From a virus, in IMG/VR virus record IMGVR_UViG_3300042549_009011, positions 83,749-147,748 of that record: a DNA stretch of 64,000 nucleotides; one strand, written 5' to 3'. The notes beneath the pieces were generated by a model that saw only the letters and a program-made list of their open reading frames with translations, searched no databases and was not told the DNA's origin. Below, one piece after another: positions 37,504 to 48,995 of this stretch (position 1 is its first letter; each line of letters starts with the position of its first letter). The translations under genes and the position numbers were made by a program.

Positions 37504-38829
37504 ATGGCAGATAGATATACATTTCAAAGCTTGCGTGATTTATCGCATACTGCTGGTCAAATGCCATTCATTTATGATAAAATAAATGATTATTATCGAC
37601 CTTTAGAACAAGCAGATTTAAGCTTTTCGAATCCAGAAGGTTCAACATCTTTTGACGCATTTGGGCGCATGAGAGTGTCTGAACCGCTCACTTTGTTTGA
37701 TTCTTCACACAGATACTCAGACAATAATCTTTGGAATATTTCTAGTGGAGTAAGCGGCTATTCTTCTTTTAATGCAGATCAAGGATTGATCGAAATGAAT
37801 GTAAATAATATTTCTGGCTCTTATGTAGCTAGAGAAACAAAAAAAGTTTTTGCTTATCAGGCTGGAAAGTCATTGCTTAATTTAAATACATTTGTAATGT
37901 CTCCAGCCAAAACTGGTCTTACCCAAAAAGTAGGTTATTTTGGCTCTGACAATGGATTGTATTTAGAGCTTGAAGATTCTACATTAAGCTTTGTCGAACG
38001 CTCATTGGTTGATGGTTCTCCACCGACAGAAACAAAAGTTTCTCAAGCTAATTGGAATGTAGACAAACTAGATGGAACTGGAGCTTCTGGAATTACTTTA
38101 GATATTACCAAGGCTCAGATTTTGTGGATGGATATAGAATGGCTAGGATTAGGTTCTGTAAGAATGGGTTTTGTTATTAACGGCAAATTTATTTTATGCC
38201 ATACTTTCCATCATGCTAATGTTATTGATTCGACTTATATTACTACAGCGTGTTTGCCATTAACATATGAAATAAGAAATACCGCCAACACTTCTGGCGC
38301 GAGCAAATTAAAACAAATATGCTCTTCTGTAATGTCTGAAGGTGGTTATGAGCTAAGAGGTTCTCAGCAATCAATTGGAACTTCTATTACTGGGGCGAAA
38401 ACTTTGACTACCGCTGGCACTCTTTATCCTTTGGCTTCATTAAGATTAAAATCAGATAAATTAGATGCAATCGTAATTCCATCCGCAGCTTCAGCAATTA
38501 CTATAGACACATCAATATGCGAATGGAGACTAATTGAAGGCGGTACGACGATAGGCGGAAGTTGGGGAAGCATCAATGATGATTCCTCTGTACAATATAA
38601 TATTGCTGGCACGGGAATTTCTGGTGGCGTAACTGTAGCAAAAGGATTTATAAGTTCAAGCAATCAATCTTCATCGCAAATACACCTACCCAAAGGAGAA
38701 ATGTTTAAATTCCAATTGGAAAGAAATTCTTTCACAAATACTCCAAGTGAATTTATTCTTGCAATTTCCGCTAGTACAGATAACGAAACTGCTTATGGTT
38801 CTTTGGACTGGGAAGAGATCAGCAGATAA
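37504..38829 (+). CDS. Probable virion structural protein
   Basis: DAFGRMRVSEPLTLFDS..WLGLGSVRMGF; isolated plus-strand gene behind GTGTAA motif. Confidence 0.6.
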   Translation: MADRYTFQSLRDLSHTAGQMPFIYDKINDYYRPLEQADLSFSNPEGSTSFDAFGRMRVSEPLTLFDSSHRYSDNNLWNISSGVSGYSSFNADQGLIEMNVNNISGSYVARETKKVFAYQAGKSLLNLNTFVMSPAKTGLTQKVGYFGSDNGLYLELEDSTLSFVERSLVDGSPPTETKVSQANWNVDKLDGTGASGITLDITKAQILWMDIEWLGLGSVRMGFVINGKFILCHTFHHANVIDSTYITTACLPLTYEIRNTANTSGASKLKQICSSVMSEGGYELRGSQQSIGTSITGAKTLTTAGTLYPLASLRLKSDKLDAIVIPSAASAITIDTSICEWRLIEGGTTIGGSWGSINDDSSVQYNIAGTGISGGVTVAKGFISSSNQSSSQIHLPKGEMFKFQLERNSFTNTPSEFILAISASTDNETAYGSLDWEEISR

Positions 38830-38835
38830 TTTCTA

Positions 38836-39321
38836 TTATTCTTTTTTAGAATGTTCTTTGCACAATGTTTTGTACCATCCGCCTCCTCTGCAAGTTCCAT
38901 CTTTACCGCAAACCTCACAGACTTTTAATGATTTTTCTTCCCATTTGTGGCAGATGTCGTAATATTCTCTCGCATAAATATCCCAAGCACCATCGCTCTG
39001 TTCAATGTCTCCTTGTGGGCGAAATTGACCAAATTTTTCTTTCATGATGCAACCTTTGTATTGGAAGGTGTGACCCTCTGCGGCAGCTTTATCAGAGAGA
39101 GCTTGCACTTCTTCGCAGAATCCGATAACAATATCTTTCCAGCCGATACCATGCTCAAAACCGTAGCGTAAATTCACAAGGTCTTCTTTTGGTATTCCTT
39201 CTTTTTTGTAGAATTTTTCGTAGCAGTCTGAAACATATTCAGAAGGCTCAAGGAAAATCTTCGGAAATTGCTCTACAACTGGCAACCATTCTTTTTCAAG
39301 GCTTTGTTTAATGAATTCCAT
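38836..39321 (-). CDS. Phage protein with C-terminal Zn ribbon
   Basis: GW..KEKFG..CEVCG..W..TLC..H. Confidence 0.6.
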   Translation of the reverse strand: MEFIKQSLEKEWLPVVEQFPKIFLEPSEYVSDCYEKFYKKEGIPKEDLVNLRYGFEHGIGWKDIVIGFCEEVQALSDKAAAEGHTFQYKGCIMKEKFGQFRPQGDIEQSDGAWDIYAREYYDICHKWEEKSLKVCEVCGKDGTCRGGGWYKTLCKEHSKKE

Positions 39322-39342
39322 ATTTTTTTTATTTTTATTATT

Positions 39343-39732
39343 TTATTTTAAAAGTTCGTTGTTTTCAAAAATATTTCCAATTACTTCATAACTATGATCT
39401 TTGTGAAGTTCATAATAATCACCATACTTATCATCTAATAGATGTCTACGACTTGTGTCAAGGATAAATGCTGCTAATGTTGGTGAAAATACAATCTCTG
39501 CTTTATAGTCTTTGCCGTTGATGCTTGTGTAAGTTACTATGTCTCCTTCGTAAATGTCTGTTCCATTTTTGTCAAGAAGACCTGTGAATTGTTGAATTTT
39601 TGCGGTTGCAGACCATAAACTTCCATCGTCGTGATCCCACACCCACAAGCTACCATTACAAGATTTGATGTATACTTCGGATTTTGTTACGAATTGGAAT
39701 CCATTCCATATTCTGAATTTTAGTTGTCTCAT
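39343..39732 (-). CDS. YopX family protein
   Basis: MRQLKFRIW..QFTGLLDKNG.DIYEGDIV..EVIGNIFEN. Confidence 0.9.
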   Translation of the reverse strand: MRQLKFRIWNGFQFVTKSEVYIKSCNGSLWVWDHDDGSLWSATAKIQQFTGLLDKNGTDIYEGDIVTYTSINGKDYKAEIVFSPTLAAFILDTSRRHLLDDKYGDYYELHKDHSYEVIGNIFENNELLK

Positions 39733-40121
39733 GCTTTTAATAGTTCACTGTTTTCAAAAATGTTGCCAATGACTTCAATGTCACTGTCATCCCCTAAATA
39801 CATAAACATATCATTAAATCCTTTCATGTCAAATCCAAATGCACCATTTTGAAATTTAATATAAGAGATTATTTCTCTACTTTCTCTCTCTACATCAAAT
39901 CCTCTACGATATTTTACAATATCTCCTTCGTAAATATCAACTCCATTCTTATCTTTTAAGCCAGTGTATTGTTGGACAACATATTCCTTGCCACCAGATC
40001 CATTTTGAAGATTGTGAAATTCACCTTTCAATGAAAGAACATAATGCCCTTGGTATCCTTTGTCTGGATAGGTGAATTGTTTTGCTAGTTTATCCCAAGC
40101 TCTAAATTTTAGTTCTCTCAT
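39729..40121 (-). CDS. YopX family protein
   Basis: MRELKFRAW..QYTGLKDKNG.DIYEGDIV..EVIGNIFEN. Confidence 0.9.
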   Translation of the reverse strand: MRELKFRAWDKLAKQFTYPDKGYQGHYVLSLKGEFHNLQNGSGGKEYVVQQYTGLKDKNGVDIYEGDIVKYRRGFDVERESREIISYIKFQNGAFGFDMKGFNDMFMYLGDDSDIEVIGNIFENSELLKA

Positions 40122-40134
40122 GCTTTTAATTTTT

Positions 40135-40905
40135 TTAAGGTTTTTTATTCATCGACTTCGAACCTTCGCTAAAGCCATTTCTATATGCTACGTTTAATGC
40201 TTTTGCGATTTCGCAGCAAGATTTTCGACTCAAATCATCTCCAAGAGTCATAGCAAGTATATCTCTAAATCTAATTCCTTCTGAACAGACTTTAAAAGGT
40301 TCTTCGAATGTAATTGCTCCTACGATAATATCTTTACTTTTTTGCATATTATTGTTCAATGTATTTTCCTTTCAACTCATTCTCAGCTTTCAGCAAAGAG
40401 TGGATGTGTTCTGCAATGTCGCGAATTGCAAAAGAGCCATCACAAACATACTCATACTCATAAGCGCATTGGCTATCGTCAATAGTAATTTTGTAGGTGT
40501 ATTGTTCTTTAGTCATTTCAATAGTGCCTCTATAATTTTTTCTGCATTCTCTTGCATTGATGGAAATTGAAGAGATGTAAATTCATCACCATGTTTGGCA
40601 ATAAACGCTTGCCAATCAGCGAGTGCCTCTGGACTAATAGGAATTTTGGCTGGCTTTGCCTCGCTCGCTTCACGAATGATTTGCAACAGCTCATCCTCCT
40701 TGTCTTTAGCAGCAGCAGAGATTTCAGCTTTTGATGGATACACTTGCTGACGAATCGAAGTGCATCCCGAAGATACCTTTACTAGCCACCAACCTTCACG
40801 TAAACCATCGAGTGCATAAGGATCAGTCTCTGGAACGTATTTACGTCCTACTTTTCTATAGAGTTGTTTGTTCATCTTATCGTAGATTCTCATTGCTGCG
40901 TTCAT
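40135..40905 (-). other. Three small hypothetical ORFs (40135-40347, 40349-40516, 40513-40905)
   Basis: Coupled ORFs. Confidence 0.5.
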
Positions 40906-40910
40906 ATTTT

Positions 40911-41291
40911 TTAATCTTTAATTCTGAGTTGGGTTACGTTGATACCAAGCTTATCAGCAATTTGTTGAAGTGTCATTTCAACAATCTTTGGTCGATTATC
41001 TTTGATATCACCTCTGGAATTTTCATAATAGATTACTTTACCATTAACGTCATATTCATGTTTGCTCCAATAACCATAGGAATCTTCCCAATAGATTTCT
41101 TTGCCATTGGCATCATATTCTTTTTTGCTCCAATAACCAGTTGAGTCTTCAAAATAGATTTCTTTGCCATTGGAGTCACGTTCATTTTTGCTCCAATAGC
41201 CAATGGAATTTTCGCAATAGATCAGATTACCATTTTTATCTTTGATGATAAACGGAAAGTCTTTTACTTTAAGTTGTTGTGCGATAGTCAT
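40911..41291 (-). CDS. Beta-hairpin repeat protein
   Basis: Tandem 21-aa YxEDSxGYWSKxEYDxNGKxI repeats. Confidence 0.7.
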   Translation of the reverse strand: MTIAQQLKVKDFPFIIKDKNGNLIYCENSIGYWSKNERDSNGKEIYFEDSTGYWSKKEYDANGKEIYWEDSYGYWSKHEYDVNGKVIYYENSRGDIKDNRPKIVEMTLQQIADKLGINVTQLRIKD

Positions 41292-41394
41292 AATTTTAGT
41301 CTTTGATATGTTTATGTATTTAAATTTGGACGGTTTGTGGGTGTTTTTGAATTCGCCAGCACCTTAGCATTAAATTAGTGCTTGTCAAGATGAA

Positions 41395-41847
41395 TTATTT
41401 TTTTCTGATTAAATATTTGATAATCTTGACAGTATCTGGTGAAATATCAGAAACATTTTTTATAATATTTTCCAGATGATCTTTATCGCAATCTTTCAGT
41501 AATACCCATTTTAGTGGCTGATCGCCATTAACTCCTCTCGTTCCCCAAATATAATTTTCGGCACAAAGAGCAGTGGTAATTTTAGGAGCTTTTTTCAAAA
41601 GCCTTACTTCAGAAGCTTCCCAAACACCAACTTTTTCACCAATATTGTATTTATTCCAAAGAACATCAAAACTTTCGGGAACTTCAAACCAATTTAATCT
41701 ACCATTTGTTGAGAATCGGTTATAGCCAGAATATCTATTAGTGTGAGGTTGTCCACCATCCATCATCATATCGTTGAAAGTAACGCAATGATAATGGGAG
41801 AGAGATGCGATTATTTTTTTGCCGTCTGTAACTCCAAGTAATTTCAT
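41395..41847 (-). CDS. Hypothetical phage protein
   Basis: MDGG...WGTRG..GDQPL...HLENI pattern. Confidence 0.6.
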   Translation of the reverse strand: MKLLGVTDGKKIIASLSHYHCVTFNDMMMDGGQPHTNRYSGYNRFSTNGRLNWFEVPESFDVLWNKYNIGEKVGVWEASEVRLLKKAPKITTALCAENYIWGTRGVNGDQPLKWVLLKDCDKDHLENIIKNVSDISPDTVKIIKYLIRKK

Positions 41848-41896
41848 GATTGATGGTTTTTATTCTTAATAAGCCAATCTTATCACGATTAAACTC

Positions 41897-42586
41897 TTAG
41901 TCAAGAAAATAATCTAAACTTATAGGATAATCTACGCTATGGTAAATGCCTTTTTGTTTTCCGACAGTTACATCAGTCCAAGAAACAAACGGAAGATTTA
42001 TTTCTCCAATTTTAAATCCACATATCGAAGCCAAAGTTGGAAATCTTAGTTCACTCAATATATTTTCAGAACAAACATCGTTCCAACATGGCAAACAAAA
42101 ATTATTTAAAACTTGTTTTTTCATAAACATTGCACCAAAAGATATTAAACCAACAGCTTTTTTTTCTTGTTTTAAATTTAATTTAGGAACTTCTGTCCAC
42201 CACATCCAATTATCTTGAGTCCATCTTGGATCTTTCATTCTCATTGGCTTCCATTTGCCACGAATTTTTATATTTTCTTCAAATTTCATAGCACCAACCA
42301 AATCGTAATCTTCTGAAATTTGGGGCAGTTCACAACAAATAAGCGTATCCCACTCAATAACAGCAATATTATCGTTTTTTACAGATGATGCATTTTCCTT
42401 CCACCATCTCCTTAAAACTTGATCGCTGTTTCTCCAATTATAATTTTTGCCATAGATAGAATCTTCGCCAACAATAATTCTATAATCAATTTCTGGATTG
42501 CTTTTAAGAAGCCAATCTAAATGCGGCAATAAAACTTTATTTGTTTTTTTATCAATATGGGTTAAAATCAATACTGTATAATCCAT
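41897..42586 (-). CDS. Possible glycosyltransferase-fold protein
   Basis: IEWD, SELRFPTL, YHSV. Confidence 0.4.
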   Translation of the reverse strand: MDYTVLILTHIDKKTNKVLLPHLDWLLKSNPEIDYRIIVGEDSIYGKNYNWRNSDQVLRRWWKENASSVKNDNIAVIEWDTLICCELPQISEDYDLVGAMKFEENIKIRGKWKPMRMKDPRWTQDNWMWWTEVPKLNLKQEKKAVGLISFGAMFMKKQVLNNFCLPCWNDVCSENILSELRFPTLASICGFKIGEINLPFVSWTDVTVGKQKGIYHSVDYPISLDYFLD

Positions 42587-42620
42587 ATTGCTTTCAGAGA
42601 TTTTTATTTATTTTTAATTG

Positions 42621-43034
42621 CTAAGAAGAGCCAAGTTCTAACGTGACTTTTCTAAATAAGTGAACTGCATTAGAATATATCCAAGTGAATTGGAAAGAAT
42701 CATCTTTCAGAACATATTCAAAAATAAAATCAATTTCTTTTCTTTTTAAAGAATGTTGATTGAAAAATTCTATTAAAAAATCGTGAACTAAAGAAGCGTT
42801 GTAAGTCCCACCAAAGTCAGGAATGCCAACAATTTTACCAAATAACTTAAATTTTGGTGTGCATCCATCCCATTCGTAATCTTTATAAATGCACAAGACT
42901 CCCTTTTTAAAATAACCAACTTTTATTTTTTTGTCTTCTATCGTATCATAAAAAACACAGTCTTTTGCTAAAATAGAGTATTTTTTTAAATCTATTTTAA
43001 AATCTTTTTCCAATTTAAATTTCCAAATTTTCAC
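42621..43034 (-). CDS. DUF1353-like protein
   Basis: WDGCT...ASLVHD; GTG start 8 nt after GTGTAA. Confidence 0.6.
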   Translation of the reverse strand: MKIWKFKLEKDFKIDLKKYSILAKDCVFYDTIEDKKIKVGYFKKGVLCIYKDYEWDGCTPKFKLFGKIVGIPDFGGTYNASLVHDFLIEFFNQHSLKRKEIDFIFEYVLKDDSFQFTWIYSNAVHLFRKVTLELGSS

Positions 43035-43551
43035 TAGGTTATTTACACAAACCTAGCAATTTGTTTATCTATTTAACTTTGGGGAAAGAAATAATATTTG
43101 TTGGCTCAATTTTAATTGAGATTGATAGCTTTTCAATATCAGATGTTAAAAAAGCATTAAAGCATCCTTCTTGATCTAAGAAATTTTTTAATTGACCAAT
43201 TTTGATCAAATTAATAAGACTATTTACCCATTCTGCTTGTCCTTCTTTTTCATCTGACATAATAAATAATTATCCTTCTTGCTTTTTATAAATTTTGCGG
43301 CTTTTTCTTTTGCTGTTTTTATTATCCCATGCTGTATCGCAGGAAGTTCCAGCAAAGATTTTATTGCCACCTCTGTTCATGTCGTCCATCGAACAGAAAC
43401 CATTTGCTCTTGCGTATTTTGTATTTTTGTTTGCCATATTATTTGTTTTTAAATTTATCGTAAGTTGCGTATATTATGATAGCAGTAATTAGTGAAAGTA
43501 TGAATATGATTATATCAATCATTTGTCAATTTTTTTTGATATGTTAATAAA

Positions 43552-44031
43552 TTAAATAGCGTATCTTTGAAATTCAATGTGATCAGAAAAATATCTTTCT
43601 ACTTCTTGTATAATAGCTTCAACAATAGCTGGCTTTCCTCCAGCAAGACCACAACCAATCATTGGAACTGCAAATATAGTCTTTCTATCTATAACAGAAG
43701 CAAGTGGATTGTCAACAATATCTTCGCAAGCACAATAAAGAGAATCAAAAAGAAAATCGTATTGGCAATTTCTATTTAGTGGTTTACCATCATTGCCGAT
43801 ACCAACTTGTGCATACAAATTGTAAATTCTTTTATCGCCGCAATCAGCAAAACTGAAATTACCTAATTTCGCATTGTCGCTTTTCTTAGTGTTAAGATCA
43901 GCAGCAAAAGCTTCTGGATACAATTTCTTAATAGGAACTACAATGCCAGCACCCCAAACGTGATGCAAGTTTACACAATGACCAAGAACGTCCCACTTTC
44001 CTTCAAATATGTCTCCGTAAATTTTCTGCAT
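43552..44031 (-). CDS. Macrodomain (ADP-ribose processing) protein
   Basis: GDIF, HCVN...GAGI, PMIGCGLAGG. Confidence 0.85.
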   Translation of the reverse strand: MQKIYGDIFEGKWDVLGHCVNLHHVWGAGIVVPIKKLYPEAFAADLNTKKSDNAKLGNFSFADCGDKRIYNLYAQVGIGNDGKPLNRNCQYDFLFDSLYCACEDIVDNPLASVIDRKTIFAVPMIGCGLAGGKPAIVEAIIQEVERYFSDHIEFQRYAI

Positions 44032-44220
44032 GGCTTATTTATAATTTAAATTATCGAGCAAGTCAAGGTTTATTTTAAATAAAAATGAATCAATAAAAAA
44101 ATCAATGGAATAATCGACAAAATAGAAAACGCTTTTACTGGCTCTTTCTTAACGTCTGTGAAATAAATACATAAAAAACCATTAATAATTGCTCCGATTA
44201 AATAAATTAATAATGACATA

Positions 44221-44520
44221 TTAAACTTCCTTATCTTGTTTGAAATAACTTTCGCCCATTTGTTCCAAGCGAATATAAGCTTCGCAAATCTGCAATCGGC
44301 GTGATGGAACTAAAGGCACTAAAGCAAAATCGGGTTTTAATTTTCTTTCTTTTGCTCTAAGAATAGCCATTTCAGTTCCGAACTTCTTATCAAACTTATC
44401 TTGAGGACAGCAAAGAGAATAACCAAATAGTTTTTGACCATTCTTTTTTCTCACCATTACAGCAACACCTTTTGGATTTTTGTTTTCGTCTCTGATATAA
44501 ATTTTAAGAATGTTTTTCAT
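44221..44520 (-). CDS. Hypothetical protein
   Basis: GYSLC..DKFDK..G..A..RA. Confidence 0.55.
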   Translation of the reverse strand: MKNILKIYIRDENKNPKGVAVMVRKKNGQKLFGYSLCCPQDKFDKKFGTEMAILRAKERKLKPDFALVPLVPSRRLQICEAYIRLEQMGESYFKQDKEV

Positions 44521-44566
44521 TTGTTTTTTATGAGAATATATTTTTTTTTAAGAATGTCAAGATATT

Positions 44567-45481
44567 TTATTGATTATTCAAAACTTGTAGGATTGCCAAA
44601 TCTTTACCCTTGAGTTCAAACTCCCACACACAATCTTTATTCATAGATACTACGGCAGGAACGTGAGACGCAAATTCTGCATGACTACGAGGCTTATCCT
44701 TCATACCTTCGCTCCAGTGCATTATAGGTGTGTAAGAACCCCAAGTCAACTTAAATAAGTCAATCAATGCATTTTGATCTGTGGAAGATTGATTGCAAAA
44801 GTCGTGTAAATTATCATAGACAAGTGGAATAATCTTGCCAAACGATTCATATAAGTTTTTGCAATTCCAGAAACCCTTGTCTTCGTTTTCTAAAACAAGA
44901 CGATTTTTAACCGATTGTGAACACGAAGCGAGCGAAGCCACAAAACGATCCACATAATCAGAAAGATTTTCTTTCTTAAAATCGGGAGAAAGATTGAGGT
45001 GAAGACACATCGGCGCGGAATAGTTTTGAGGCAGACCCATCAAATCTAAAATGTAAGCTTGATGATTCAGTTCTTTGATTGAACGATCAATAACATTCTG
45101 ATTGTAAGAAGTAAGAACATTGAATTGATCTGGATGAGAAGAAACGGAAACACCACAACTTTTTGCGGTAGCGCCAACTTCTGACAATGCTGACGAAATA
45201 GCTTCCATGTCTGGCAAATCATCATAAGAGATGCTCAAAGTATCATCTGTAACGAGTGGAGCTAAACAACTAGAGATTCGATAGTGAGAAATACCGTTTG
45301 CAGAACAATGTAAAACTATTTGCTTTGTTAGTTTACAGTTGTGAAGAATGCGAGCAGATAGTTCTTTAAGAGCAGATTGCCTTTCCAACTCTAGAAAGCG
45401 TTTGCGAGTCATTGTCTTAAACGAAAGAGACTTATCTTTCTTCTTGAGAATTTCACTTATGCATACGAGTCCTAATTTCAT
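44567..45481 (-). CDS. uvsE: UV-damage endonuclease
   Basis: LGLVC, YRISS, HPDQF, LVLENED, YDNLH, HWSE, HA, ELKGKD. Confidence 0.9.
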   Translation of the reverse strand: MKLGLVCISEILKKKDKSLSFKTMTRKRFLELERQSALKELSARILHNCKLTKQIVLHCSANGISHYRISSCLAPLVTDDTLSISYDDLPDMEAISSALSEVGATAKSCGVSVSSHPDQFNVLTSYNQNVIDRSIKELNHQAYILDLMGLPQNYSAPMCLHLNLSPDFKKENLSDYVDRFVASLASCSQSVKNRLVLENEDKGFWNCKNLYESFGKIIPLVYDNLHDFCNQSSTDQNALIDLFKLTWGSYTPIMHWSEGMKDKPRSHAEFASHVPAVVSMNKDCVWEFELKGKDLAILQVLNNQ

Positions 45482-45582
45482 ACGCGAATAATTTGTTGTT
45501 GTGTTGACCATAAATAATTTGATTTGCAAAAGTTTTGCTACACGCCAACTATAGCCCCTTAAAAGAGAGTTCGTCAAGTTTT

Positions 45583-46233
45583 TTATTCAATTACTTTAGC
45601 TTTGTCAGATTTGATTTTATAAAAATAATCATCATCATCGGACGTAGCCCATTTGTCATGAGATTCACAATGATATTTTCTCATGTTTAGTTTGTAATCT
45701 GGAATATGTTTGAATGGTTCTGACACCATGCTTGGTTCAGCCCAAAGAATTCTATTGTTGGGATAAGCACAAAAATAACCATCAAAAAGTTCTATTACAT
45801 GAGCGCATTTATGTTGCGATGGTTCTTCTGCATAAGAAGTGGAAATGCCTCCAGACATATTTGCATCCCAATCAATTGTAAAGCGATAAATTCCTTCTTT
45901 TTTTGTTCCATCTTTTAATAAAACAACTGCTCTTTTGCCTTTTAAAAACATGAATTGGCAAACATGTGGCGAATAACTAAAGCAGTCCCAAAGTTGTAAT
46001 ATATGAAAATCTAAATGAGGTGCTTCTGGTTTTTCAAATGGCACTAATGCACTAATTGGTATTTTGTCATAAACCGCGCCAATGTCTGTCATAACAAGAA
46101 ATAAAAGAGCGTTCCCTTGAAGACTTTTAATTGCGAAAGCCGTGCCTTCAACTAATTCTCCATGATGCGATTCTAGATTATAAAGATATTCTTTTCTAAT
46201 GTAGCACTCGATTGGCGGGATATTAATAATCAT
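45583..46233 (-). CDS. Conserved phage hypothetical protein
   Basis: NIPP..YIRKEYLY..LQLWDCFSY..HKCAH..YPNNR. Confidence 0.65.
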   Translation of the reverse strand: MIINIPPIECYIRKEYLYNLESHHGELVEGTAFAIKSLQGNALLFLVMTDIGAVYDKIPISALVPFEKPEAPHLDFHILQLWDCFSYSPHVCQFMFLKGKRAVVLLKDGTKKEGIYRFTIDWDANMSGGISTSYAEEPSQHKCAHVIELFDGYFCAYPNNRILWAEPSMVSEPFKHIPDYKLNMRKYHCESHDKWATSDDDDYFYKIKSDKAKVIE

Positions 46234-46280
46234 TTTTTAATTGTTAATCTATTATAAAGTTCTGTGAAAATAAGTTCAAT

Positions 46281-46320
46281 AAAAAACACCCCGCTCCAAC
46301 ATTTAAGTGGAGCGGGATGT
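46281..46320 (-). terminator. Intrinsic terminator
   Basis: CCCGCTCCA stem with U-tract on minus strand. Confidence 0.65.
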
Positions 46321-46600
46321 TTCCAACACATAACACACTACGAAAAAGCTTTTTTATTTCCTGCTGCAAATTCACGGCGAGCGTTCCTGCGGCGTTTTCT
46401 CTGGTTAATTGACCAAGAAATTTGATGAGGTTTGAGAGGTTGTTTTTTAGGTAATAAAGAAGTCTGTTGAATTTCGTCAGCAGGTGAAACAGTAATCGTG
46501 TTTGTAATATCAGTCATGTTTAAAGTTGTATCAGAAATTATCCTTTTGTCAAGGATAAAAAATATGTTGACAATTTCTGAATTTTAATTACTATGACGAC

Positions 46601-47536
46601 ATGCACAACGAAATGTTCAAAAACATCATTGGTCAAAGTAACGTAAAAAGCTTACTCTCTCTTTATATCGAAGCTTATAAAGAAACAGAAAGGCTTCCAT
46701 TTATTAATTTTGTGGGAGCAAAAGGAACTGGAAAGTCTTTTGTGGTTCGCAAATTCCGAGAAGGTCTTCGCCGCAGAGATGGTAAGAAGCCACCTATTCT
46801 TGAAGTGAACTGCGCCACTATTAAAAATGCAGGTCAATTCTTTGAGCAGATTTATCCAGTTTGGGTAAACAATAATGCTTTCTTGTTTCTTGACGAAATT
46901 CACTGCCTTCCTAACGAACTGCAAAGTATTTTTCTTACAATTTTTGACGTTAGAAAAGATCCTGTTCGCATTGTTGAGTTTGATGGAATACAATATCAAT
47001 TTGATTTTACTCAAATTTCTTTTGTTGGTGCAACTACAGACGCACAAAAATTAATTGCACCTTTGCAAGACAGACTCAGAGAAATAAGTCTTGAAGAGTA
47101 TGATAACGAACAACTGTTTGAAATTTTCGAAAACAATCTTGAAAATAAAATCGAAGTTCTCGACTGTGCAAAACAAGAAATAATTTCTACTTTTAGAGGT
47201 AATCCGCGTGATGTTGTTGTCAAAGCAGAAGATTTAAAAACATTCTCTACAGCTAAACAATATAATAAAATCACAAAACAAATTTGGAGTTCTTTTTCTC
47301 ATGTTATGGGAGTAAAACCAATGGGTCTTTCGACTTCAGAAATCCAAGTTATTAAAGCTGTTGGTAAAAAGAGAGAAGCATCTTTGACTGACATTAGCTC
47401 TGTGACTGGATTTGATCGCTCCTTTATTCAAAGAAGTCTAGAGCAAATTTTAGTTCGCAAAAATCTTTTGACGATTGACGGCAAACGTAAACTGACAGCA
47501 GACGGCGTGAGATTTTATCATCAGCATTGCAAATAA
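46601..47536 (+). CDS. ruvB: RuvB-like Holliday junction branch-migration ATPase
   Basis: IIGQ, GAKGTGKS, FLDEIH, GATT..PLQDR, RGNPR, winged helix. Confidence 0.85.
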   Translation: MHNEMFKNIIGQSNVKSLLSLYIEAYKETERLPFINFVGAKGTGKSFVVRKFREGLRRRDGKKPPILEVNCATIKNAGQFFEQIYPVWVNNNAFLFLDEIHCLPNELQSIFLTIFDVRKDPVRIVEFDGIQYQFDFTQISFVGATTDAQKLIAPLQDRLREISLEEYDNEQLFEIFENNLENKIEVLDCAKQEIISTFRGNPRDVVVKAEDLKTFSTAKQYNKITKQIWSSFSHVMGVKPMGLSTSEIQVIKAVGKKREASLTDISSVTGFDRSFIQRSLEQILVRKNLLTIDGKRKLTADGVRFYHQHCK

Positions 47537-47594
47537 TCATTGACATTCTGTAAATTTTAAATTAGTATAAAAACATACCAAATCAATAACGAAT

Positions 47595-47840
47595 ATGAAC
47601 GAACCCATTAAAAGAGGTAGAGGACGACCATCTGGAGCAGTTAGCTTTAGCAACATGACGCTAGAAGAATTAAACGCTCGTTTTCATAAGTCTCAATTAA
47701 TTCCTGTGAGCAGAGTCTTTCTGGACAACAGCGGAAAATTTGTAACTTCAAAACAAACAGAACAAATTAATAATGTTGCTTCTGCAACTCCTACCCCGAT
47801 TCCATCGGATTCAAAAATCGAAATGTCTTTGAGCGAATGA
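47595..47840 (+). CDS. Small AT-hook protein
   Basis: KRGRGRP. Confidence 0.5.
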   Translation: MNEPIKRGRGRPSGAVSFSNMTLEELNARFHKSQLIPVSRVFLDNSGKFVTSKQTEQINNVASATPTPIPSDSKIEMSLSE

Positions 47841-48904
47841 AAACTATTTTAGAAGCCGTCAAAGATGCAGACGAGGTAGAAGTTGATGCTCTATTTGCTC
47901 TTCTTAAATACAAATCAATTGGAATTTTAAGAAAGTTAAAATGTATGGCTTTAGTGCTTGACATTAACGAAGAAACTGTGCTTAATGAAGCACCGAAAGA
48001 TAAAGAGGGACGAATTTTGGATCACGAAACTCGTCATGCAATTCACAATGAACTAATTATTATATCAAAACAATACCAAAAAAACAAATGAATAACATTA
48101 ACTTCTACGAAGTAATTGACAAGCGAGGCAGATGGATGGGTAGCTATTCAAAACAACTAGATTCTGTAATTGATGTCGGAGCTTCTGCACTCTCAATGGC
48201 GCAAATGAATGCGAAAAGAAACGAAGGTAAAATCTTTTCTGTTACCTTTAATCAAGAGAGGGAGCTTGTCCAACCAAAATAAGGGTTGAAAACATTATAA
48301 AAAGGTGTAAAATTATATAGTGAAAACTATCGTTAAAAAAACAATTAATCTGGAAACTAAGAGGCACGATTTTGACAATGAATTTGCCTATCTTGAAGTT
48401 TGGTCAAACGCTCATTTAAAAGATTGCTTCTTTGCAGAAAAAGATTTTCTTTATCTAGATGGTTCGCTAAAAAATGGTGGGAAAAAATACTTCTTTTCTA
48501 AATATACTGGAGAAGATGTAGAAAAAATAATCAAGCCATTGAATTATGAAAATTTTACATCCTTTAATAAATTATACTTTTATAATGAAGAAGGAGATAT
48601 CGTAAGAATTGATGGGGTTCTCGCCTCAGATACGGAATCTGAATTCTTAATTAAAGAAGAAGAGGAAGAAGAATTTAACGAAGAAGAATAAATCATGATT
48701 ACTTATATTGTAAGAGACATTAGCGAAAAAACAAATCCTGTTAGTATTTTTAAATCCCCAAATCTGAAAGAAACAACCGCAAAGTTTCAAGATTATTGTG
48801 AGCAAGATACAAAAGGAACATTTGAAATTGTAAAACAAGAAGTTATTACTGAAAGAATTACTGTTTCTGACGATTTTAGGCAAGCTAAATTTGATTTCGC
48901 CTAA
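47837..48904 (+). other. Four small hypothetical ORFs (47837-48091, 48088-48282, 48320-48691, 48695-48904)
   Basis: Coupled plus-strand ORFs. Confidence 0.55.
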
Positions 48905-48995
48905 TTTTTATTAAAAACATCTTGACTTGTGGCGACTTTTTGCCATAATCAGCCCGTGCGAGGAAATTCCGCACATTGTTAAATTTGTTAAAAAT

